The notes under the pieces: model-generated
The model's input: only the letters and a program-made list of their open reading frames with translations
Database searches by the model: none
What the model was told of the DNA's origin: nothing
Made by a program: the position numbers and the translations under genes
Assembly (NCBI GenBank): GCA_964035545.1
Contig: OZ037766.1
Span: 22,184,767-22,248,766 of the forward strand
Direction: 5' to 3'
DNA: 64,000 nt
Source of the DNA: Bugula neritina
Taxonomy: Eukaryota > Animalia > Bryozoa
Shown: positions 17,147 through 27,700 of the stretch, piece after piece
Layout: the number at the start of each line of letters is the position of its first letter
Position numbering within the stretch: position 1 is the stretch's first letter

Positions 17147-18735
17147 AGTTATACTTTTAACATCATAATTAAGTAATTACAGTTGATACTCAGCTTTGCT
17201 GCTTTTGAAGCAAATGTTAATTTGACAAAGAATTTTTGGAGCAAATGTTTAAATATAAAATTGGACAGTTGAAATTATACTAGTAAGAACCCTAAAATAA
17301 TCATCAGCTGTCATTGTGAGTTGTTGAAATATAATATCAGAGCTTGGTCAATGTCACAGTAATTCAGACAAAAAACATTCAAGTAAGGTTTCCAGTCAAA
17401 AGTAACAATAATTTAAACCAGTTTAAATTGGCTGGCATGTTTCTTTTAACAAGTTATTATTTTTGGGCTGGTAAAAAAAATTTAGCCAGAAGAATGCTAA
17501 CTTAGATTGTAGCACTTCTGTGTATTCTATGTGAGAAAGTTTATAGAAAGAATAATTTAATTTTAGTATTAATGAAATGTAATTAATAAATCAAAGTTGT
17601 AGTTGACAATTTGTTTAACATTTCATATTTATTAATAAAAATATATTTAGTCATTTGAATCTTGTTCTATATCAAATCAAAATGTATGCTGTAATTTTAA
17701 CAGACAATTTGAGTAATTTCAGATTTAGACAGCTTAAATTTTAAAGTTTTGCTTCATGTCAATTAAAACTATCACTTTGAGTCAAATCAATTAGTTGAAT
17801 ATGTAAACTTGAGTTCATTTATTTGATTCAGCTCTGGTGTCATAGTAACTATAATGGTACTCTGCTTAAATCTGAGACTTGCAGTTTTTATAATCATTCA
17901 TTAGCTCTTAGCAACAACTATGATGATACTATAATAGTTTAAGTAATAATATTAACATATAAATAAAAAAGCTGACTGTATATTTCTAAAAGTCCGCTAA
18001 GAACTATGTTGTCTGTAGCTCTTGAAATTTGTTGATTTGAAATTAAAAAGTTCAAGTGCAAATGCATGTCCTAGAGTTTTGAGTGCCGGCTCTTACATAT
18101 ATTTTTTAATTACTTAGAATGTTTAATGGTATATGGACATTAACTCTTATGATTAATAATTTGTCTATGGCATATAAATGTACATATTATTAGCTTAAAT
18201 TCCTAACATATAAAATATCATAATAATATGTCTATTGTGTATAATATGAGGTTTTACGATATAAACAGTTAACTTTACTTGAGAAAAATATTGCCATGAG
18301 CAAACTGTCTACTAAGTATCAAAAAAATGTAAAATTGTACTTGCATTTCAGCTTGTGATTTCTGATTCATCTTGGTGTGTTTGTTTTTGTTATAAGTAGT
18401 TTAAAAAGACGAAAAATACATATAATTGAAACAACAACACAAGACTCTGGCACAATAGCACTGCAGATAGTCTGGAACACAATCTTTGATTCTAGTAATG
18501 TGCCAATATAGCATTCACCACTTTTAGTCAGTAACAATCATTGTGAATATAAGGGACTATTCCTTCAATAACTGTATACTTAAGTGTACACTGTAGTCGT
18601 ATAGTGTATAGTGTATCGCATGACATTGAATAGATATAAAAATGAATATATTTATGATAATTGATGGGTAAATATATTCATGGGAAACAACAAACATTTT
18701 ATTTGATTGAAGAAACAGATTTTGGTTCCTTCAAA

Positions 18736-21700
18736 ATGCCTGCCAACAGTAAAAAACAGACTCCTACTAAAAACAGTTTGTCCGCTAGAGAAATGTGGCT
18801 GCAAGCTGTTAAAGGTAGATCTTCATATGCTGGTGCTAATAGAAAGGGTGGCATGTCAACAAAGAAAACGCCTAATGAATACTGGGTTAGAACTTTACGG
18901 CGCAGCCAAGGTTTGCTTTATATTTTGAGCTTTTTGTGTTTGTTCTCTTATAAAGTAACAAATAATACATTTTACCTGCTTTCTGTTTAAACTAATATGT
19001 TCTTATGCCTTTTGTTAGAAAATCATTTATTTTTAAAAACAAGCTTTATATTTCTTTTAAAGGTTTACAGAATGAAATTGCTGCAATGGACACTTTTGGT
19101 AAAAATGGTCCATCTAATGAGGCTGTTCCTTTTCTTAGCACTAGTCATTATTTACGGGAGAAAGTGGGTCTTGAAAAACCAAGCACTTCCAGGCGGACAG
19201 CTAATGGTTTTGAAAGTATGTAATGCCTCTGTTTCTTTTCCTATTATTAGTAACATGTGTATATATTAAAGTAAAACTTGAAATTATAACTAACAATTAT
19301 ACTTTTAATTCAACTTATTTGCTACTATTGCAAATCTTTATCAAACAACAATGAGTAGTTAATGAGTAATCAGCACAGCTTTTTCAATAGAAAGAACTGT
19401 ACTGACTTTATTTATCTTTACAAAATGGATGTCTTGAAAGTAATCACAATTGTTGAAAAACTGAAACACATAATGAAATACTGCTGGTTTTGATTGGTCA
19501 GTCAAATTAGATCAACCTTTCCAACACAGCATTTTAAAGCAATATTTTATAGCAGTCAAAGTATTTTCTTCACAAGCTTAAAAGTGGTTAATTTGATGCC
19601 GGGGTTTTTGTTTGATAGTGAGGGCTGCACCTGGTACTCCTGTCTATAAAACACCGGAAGAATATTATGATGAAGTTCTAGTCTTGCGAAAAAATATCAG
19701 TGACCTTGACAAAGACTGTAGTCTGCTGAAGGCTAAATTAAGAAGGGTGGAAGAAGACAACTTGAAAAAAGAAAAAGAAATCGAGTCTCTAATGGATCCA
19801 ACCAAGGTATGAATGTTTTATGTTTTCTCAGTTGTAGCTACGAAGCTATTTTACTACTTTCAGACTTCAATTGTTGTTTTAATGTCAGCAGCTATTAGAA
19901 AAAAATAGTCAGTACTTTAGCTGTTCATACTTTATTGATTATATACCAATAAATAATAATTTAAAATTAACAAGTAGTTTTATATCGTGATATTGGGCGA
20001 CGAAACCAACAGTGTAACAGTGAAGAGATCATTGGTGAAACAGGGAATAGAATAGTTTAGCAGTAACGTTGGACTTGAGATGCAAAATTGGGAATAATGT
20101 GATCTTTTTCATACTACAAATATCTTTAGATAAAAAACTTATGACTAATCTAAAGTGAGTTGTTACTGTTAGTATGTCTTGAGATCAACTTTATTGATAG
20201 TTGAAACTTCTTCAGGCTTACTTACTCTTCTGGCCATTCTTTGTTGAAGTTTTTTTGTTTATTTTATTCACTTGCTATTCCAACTTGGCGTTCTCTTTTG
20301 TGTAGAGTGGGGACTTACGGAGAACCTTGACTGATAGAAAACCAGATTCAAGTGCAGTGGTTCACAGTCTAAAACAGAAGATCATGAGGCTAGAACAACA
20401 ACTCAAGGAAAAGGAGGGGGCTATAAGGTGATATTCCACTTGTATTAATTTAGTTTAAAGTGCTTTATTAAAACTTTAATTTTTGTTAGAGCTTTGCTTG
20501 TTATTTAAGTTTAATCTTATTCAAGAAATTTATTGTGCGCTAAGTTTTAGTTTTTGAGTTTTCCAGTAAATCTGAACTTTCAATACATATTATGAGTGTA
20601 TATCTAACACATATTTGACACTGCTCGTTAGCATAATACAAGATGTTTGTAATATAATGTATTTTTGTTGGGCTTTTGCTCGGGCTGTTGATTTCTATAT
20701 ATGTTCTTTTCTAGCTCTTTAAAAACAGATCTGAAATCAACTAATATTGACGAAGTTAGACTGAAAATGGAAATGTTTTATCAGGAAATCATCAGGTTAC
20801 AGAATACGAAGGCTCCTACCTCTACCCAATCAGCATCGTCTCACGCTCCTAAGCCTAAAGGGTTTGTTTCTCATTCAGTACAATTATATGAAATTTTATA
20901 GGAGTATTAGCTTTGGTACATGAGTTAGCCCATGTATATAAGCATTTCAGCCTTGGCTGGTTTTTTTATTTAAATTAAGCATTTCCTGTGAATGTTTTGG
21001 CTTATTTTGTGGTAGCTGTTTACTCACTTTAACAGCAAGGAAGCAAAGGAGTCATCTGCAAAAATTAAAGCACTCAATGATACCATCCTTCGTATGAATG
21101 AGAAGAATGTACGACTCACTGCCGAGAATAAATCATTGAAGGAAGATTTAGAAAAACTTATGGCACAAGTTGCTGAAACAAAGGAGAAGAAATGTGAGTT
21201 GGCTTCAATGTAGACATTAAATAATCTCAGTCTGTTTTTATTTTATTCTTTCTTTTCTCTTCTTAAGTCTCACCAACTTCATTAGTGTATTTTTCTGAAC
21301 ATATTTAAAGCAAGTTATGCAGAGAGATAAATGTTTAATATGACATGACGAATGTTTCTAAACTCTAACAGAAATGCATCTGCTCATATGCAGCAGTTGG
21401 TTCAGGATTTGTAGCTGTAAAGTTGATGTTGTAGTGGATTATGAAGAGATGAGTCGTAAGCAGCTAGCCAGCAAACTGGCTAAACTAGAGACAAAGTTGG
21501 AGATGCAGCAGAAGACAGCTGCATCAGCAGACAACATATCACTGAATTCTCAGGATACTGGCAATGCTACTAGAGTGAGACCTGACACTTCGGGTAAATA
21601 AATCACAGACATTGCATCTCATCTTGTGTAAATCCCGAAATACTACATGAAGTGTCATTATTTATATGCTAAGAAATAGCTATATTTACTGCAAGTGTAT

Positions 21701-24700
21701 GCGTGCAGTATGTTTAGGCTACTAGATGAAATGTGCAAGCATTGCATTAAAACTAAAAGAACTAGAAGAGATTAATGACCTTGCATGCTATCTTACTTGC
21801 ATTGTTTGTTCACGCGAACATGCATGGGTGTATACATGCATGCATGTGTATGCACAAGTACACGCACAGCTGTACAATATTTTATACCCAATGGATTTTA
21901 GATAGCAATTACAATTATTTAATAATTTATATTATTATTTGAAGGAATATTTTCTTTCAATATTTTGATGTGGCTTATAATGCTCATCCTTTACTGACAA
22001 CCACTTTAAAAATATCTATTCCACATGGCCATGTATAATATGAATCAAGTTGTTTTAAATTTAGTATTTTAGTTGTGACAGAGTTAGTCTTATTCTAATT
22101 TAAGTTTAATACAGAACCTCATCAACTTTATTATTCTTTTTTTCTCAGGCAAATTAGAGTTAGAAGGAAGTGTCGCTGAGAGACTAGAGATACTAGATAA
22201 ACGTGAGACTGAGTTACTGGATGAAATCAAACAGTTGAAGATCACTATGAAAAAAATTAAAGATGACAGACTTCACTTTAGACAAAAAAGTGATGAAAAG
22301 AGGTAAGGAAATGATCTAAAAATCACATGTGTATTTATTCAGTATTCAGCTGCTGCTATAGCTATGTATACCAACTGTTTAATTATGAGTTATAAATAAG
22401 TTAAATTCAAACTGTTACATTTATTGTGGCAATAAAAAATAAAAACCATATATTTACAAATTGTATGTGATTTTAGTAAAGAGATTAAAATACTCAAGAA
22501 AGAGATAGCAGATTTACAATCAGAATTAGAAAATTTATATGATTCAGAAAGACAACCCTCAGCAAGAAGGTATGCATCAGCTCTACATAACCATGATTTG
22601 CTAATAAACTATTGTTTAAACTGATGATATTTTTATAAAGATAATAACGTTACTCAAAAATATGTGATTACTTCAAATCAACATGTTCCCTATTGGCTAT
22701 GTTATTATTTTATTTACTAATTTTATGTAATGCCTATAAAATATTCGTTTTTCAAATTGTCTAAATAATTGAATTTGATCCAGTTTCAGCAGGTTTTGTT
22801 GATGTCTTTTCGTCATTCTTTTAGACCGTCGTCTGCTGATCGCCGGTCACCAGCATTGAGCTATAGAAAAAACTCTGTTCGGGATCGCCCTCCCTCACCC
22901 AGGGATCGAGCACCATCACCGAGGAATCGTCCACCATCGCCAAGAGATAGTCGTCAGTATTCGGCCAGGGATAGGCCTCCACGGGCCAGAGAAAGTGAGA
23001 GGCGAGAGAGAAGACTGAAGGAAATAAGAGAAAATCGTGCAGCTAAAACCATCCAGAGAGGATGGAGACAACATAAGGAAGAATTGGAAGAGGTATTGCT
23101 GTGATTTCAATAACTACTTCAGAGCTTGGTAGCAAATGTAAACATAAATTAAAATTAGTTTTTAGAAGTACTTTAAATAGGAACTGTACATCGTACTGTT
23201 CAATTGCACTTATATGTGTCAGCTGATATTTTGTGCAAAGTATCATATATCCTATGACATGTTTTTACAAGTTACTAGTGCATACTTCTCTAGCATACTT
23301 GATTTAAAGATATCTTTCAGGTTGTGTGTTTAGAGAGCAACAAAAAATGTTGTAATTGATGTATGCTTTTAAGATGCAGCGTGCTCTTTCAGTTCTCTAA
23401 TCTCAGTTGGATGTTTATACCCTTGTTCCTTACTGTTTGCCTGTGCTAATTTCTATGTGCTTTGTTATTCCAAATCCTTATATAAAATAGATAACATATT
23501 ATAGAGAAAATTTAGAAACAGCAAAAGCATTTTATGGCTTACTTTATAAGCACAACCTGGCTAACTACATTCTTGTAGTTTCTAAAATCTGCTCTTGTAA
23601 AATAATTATTTCAAGCTCTAATTTTATTAGCATTTAATAACATCCATTCAGCATGTGAAAAAATTTATGGATTGCGCAAGTTTTATGTGCTTCTTACATG
23701 ATCTTCTATCATAAAACAGCTTATTGGCAATTTTTCAAATTGCTAAAGCGTTGAGTTTTTATGTTAGACCAAATTTTATAATTCTAGTATGGAATTTAAA
23801 GTAAAATACAAGTTTGTGAAACAGCACATATAGTTATGTTGTAGTAGATGTTGATTATTGTTTGCTTTAACCCCCTAGTGCTTTTTCTTTTACGAAATTT
23901 AGCTGTGAATAGTAACATGTTTGCTAACATGGCAACTATGATGTTTGCTTTCTTTCTATCGCTGTTGTAGTTCGCTTGTAGTATAATTTGTGTCATTATT
24001 TGCAATATAGTTAGCACTGCAAAACCAAAGAGTTGAACAATTCCGAAATGATAGAGCAGCTAGAAAAATACAAAATGAATGGATTAAACACCAACACAAC
24101 AAACATGAGCGTGAATTAGATGATGTATGTATAGCAGATCAAGTTTATACTAGAGTGTAATGAACTCTCCAATGCTTCAGTATTATTTCAAGTAGATATT
24201 GTTGGTATTGTGACACCATTTACTATTGCATTGAGCTACGCTCATGTATATAATATTCATGTGTTACGTTCTATTGTCTTATCATCACTTCAATTTAGTA
24301 AAATACAATGCTTTTACTTTTATTTTTGATCCAACCTATATTTTATTTTTAGCGATTATTTGTGGCTGAGATAAAATTATAGCAGACATACTTTAAAGTA
24401 ATCGACAAAAATTTTTGTTTAATCTTTTGCTAGGCAGCAATGTTGATACAAAGTACAGCACGTGGAAATGAGGCTCGCAAACGTCAGCTCAAACGTTACC
24501 AAGAAGAAGAGGATGATGAAGAGCTGAGTGATGCGGCAGAGCTTATACAGTCAGCTGTTAGAGGTCACTGGGGCAGGAAGAAGTATATTAACACCAGGTG
24601 AGTTTTATTTAAAATTTGCACTAGTTTTGTTGAAAAAAGAAATTTTATTTGGTTGAAAACCTTAATTGTCAATTTTAATTTTGGTGCTATTGGTGGTGTA

Positions 24701-27700
24701 GTAATTTGTGCAATTACTGAGCGTGAGTTATCTACTTGCGTATACTTAGTTGGCTATTCTACTAGCAATTACTAGGGTAGCTGTCGAGTAATTATATTTA
24801 TTATCCACAATAAAACACAAAGCAAACATTACATCAAATTATCCTATACATCAGTCAACTACTAACACATGTTTCTACTTCAAGCCTCCGCTTACAACAA
24901 CAAGCACTTTCAAGGACGGAAGTGGCCTTTCTCGCCTCGCCAAGTCTTCCTGAGGTGTCATGGAGGTGTTTCCGGCCAGGACGACAGTCTCCGCTTGCCA
25001 AGACCTCCTCGCACAATGCGTCTGCCGCCCCGCTTTACCAGGGAGACGACTATGCTTGTTGGTCTGGCAGACTTTGCACCGTCTCACTCTGCGCCGAATA
25101 TCCCGCTCCATGTTGGGCCAGTACCACCGGAGTTGTAGCTTGGTGACCACCCCTTGGACTCCTCCGTGAGTCTTCTCGTGGGTGTCTTGTATCAACTCCC
25201 GGCGGATGGCAACTGGGCAGACGACCCTCTTCCTGGCTGGCTGTCTGCTGTTGGCGGCCAAGGTCATGGTCAGCAGACCATCTGGCCCGACCCGCAGAGA
25301 GTTCCAACGTTGACAGTACAGCCGTAACTCGGCGCATCCCTGTCGCCGTTGTTTACTACTGGGTCGTCGCCCTTCCTGTTTCGCTCGGTACACGTCGGCT
25401 ACCACCCCAGGAAGGCTTTCCTGGAGCTTCGGCAGCTCCCTAACGTTACCAGCCCATACAGGTTTGGCGCGGAGGCTCTGGACAGCCTCCGGGGGCGTGT
25501 CAGCCCTCTGTTGGAGTTGCTGAGCAGGGGCGGTCTTCGCCGCCCGTGGTACCTCACGACAGCCTGCTCTATTTAGGCGGGCGTCGTGGTCTGTGTGGCG
25601 GAACGCCTCACTGTACCCATGTGGCAACCTGGCCATAGCCTGGCGCTTCCCGTTGCCTGTGCAGCCACGCGTCCCTGGAGGAGGGGAGGCGTGGGTTGGG
25701 ACGGTCCTCCGCCCTTGAGACGGGCTCTGCTGAGGACCTTCCGTCGTAGCTCCCGACGACGGCCCAATGGCTTCCTCCTGGACAGGATGGAAGCGGCCCA
25801 GCATGGACCTGGGTGGTAGGTCTACTGTCTCTGAGGAGGGGTTGACGCACTGCACTGAGATCTCTCCTTGTCCCGTAAGCCGGCTAAAGCTATGGGCAAG
25901 TTGGATTCTTGAGTGCGTACTTTCGACAACTCCCAACTCAGAGGTTTGGCCACCGTCTACTTTGCAGCGGACGGTAGCCCGGGAGTGGCCTGGTATAGTA
26001 CAGCTCCGTACTACCTGCACTGCTCCCGCTAGAGGACGACCAAACTTATCGACACATGCAAGCTCCCTGTCGCCCATGATCATCGCAGATTTACTGAAAT
26101 CGATGCGACATCCGTGTCGTTGTAAGAATGGCATCCCGAGGATAGCGTCCTCGTTGAGCTGCCCGACGATAAACGTCTCTTGGATGGCCTGGTTACGGAT
26201 GTAACCAGTCAGCTCAATAATGCCGTAGAAGGGAATGCACGACCCGTCTGCCAGGGTGCCATGATCCCCCTCATACGGTGCCAACCCGTCCTTGACCTTA
26301 GCGCTGAGGGTGTCAAAGAACTGACGGCTAAGGAGGTTGGTGGTGCAGCCTGAGTCCAGGAGGAAGTTGGCAGGCTTGCCGGCTAACTTTCCTGGCAGGA
26401 AGTAGCTACTTCCGTGTGGCTGCAGCTGTGTGTGCCTTGGTTGCACCTCCCTCGCTGTGGGTCGAGGGGTCCACGGTTGGCGACGACTATTGACCAGCTG
26501 CCGAGGTTGGGGCGGTACGCCTTGCGGCGCCTGTACCGTTTCCCTCGCAGGCTCTGAGATCAACCGTCTGCCGGATCCGTGTTGGTGTTGGAATGGCGTA
26601 GAGGACCCAGGCGACGAGTGGCTGGAGCCTACTTGCCGCGGGGGTCGCCACTTCACAACATCTCCGCGCGGCGCCCAGCGGGGCGGCAGACGCGCGGGCC
26701 TCCCTGGGTGATTTACAGACGGCCCGCAGGAGGTGGGAACATCTGCGGGCCGTGGTAGTTTAACCCTTGTTGGAGTTGAGGGCAGTTCTTCTGGAAATGT
26801 CCTGGCCTTCCGCATCCCCAGCAGAAGTTATGCCCCATGCCTGGTGATTGTACCTGCGGCCCGCAAGGCTCACGGGCGGTATCTACCTGGCCTGGGGGAG
26901 CTAATGTGGCGACCAGTTTATCTAGCATGTCAGTCATCTGCGCGACTTTTGATGCTAGTGACATCTGGTTCACATTAGCCACCGCGGAGGGTGCCGCGTT
27001 TGGTTCTGTATGAGCAGTAGTGTGCTCCGTGGCCACCTGGCGGGAGGCCACGCGGTTGCGGTGCATATGAGTCGCCATGAGGTAGGCTTCTCTCACCGCC
27101 AGTGCATCTTCGACCGTGGTGACTCCCCTCGCTTGGAATTGATGGTGGAGCCCCAAGTCGTTGATGGACTGCACGAAGGCATCATAAGTATACCTCTCAC
27201 GGTGTACTGGAGGCAGATCGCGGAACGCGATCTGCGCTAGTGGGTACACCGTGGCAGCGTGCTCTTGTAGCGACGTGTGAGGATCACGCCGCATCCTTTG
27301 TAGACGGGCCCGCGCATCTATGGGGGAGATGCCAAAGCGGGCCCGCAGAGAAGCAAAGATCCCGTCTATGTCAGGTCCTGCTTCGTACGGCTTAGCCTTG
27401 TCCGTCAGCGCCATCCTGAGCTTGAGCAACGCCACCCTTGGTGGCCATTGTGCAACTTCCATCACATCTTGGAATTCTTGGATAAACTGCTCCACTGCTT
27501 CTTCGCCCGTGAAGGTGGGCGCCTTCAGCCGGTATCTGTCTTCACCATGCTCTCTAGAAATTCTCACTTCTTCTTCTAACACCACTGGTTCCACGGGTAT
27601 ATCAACATTATCTCTCTCACCTTCATTCAGTGGAATGGGTAGCTCCGTGCCGTCTTCTGCCATGACTGCTATACGCAAGATCCCACCGCTGCCACCACTG

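Noticed and set aside
26713-27663. Gag as an already domesticated host gene
   Set aside because: Intact TSD, PBS, near-identical LTR sequence and foreign GC content indicate a recent insertion.
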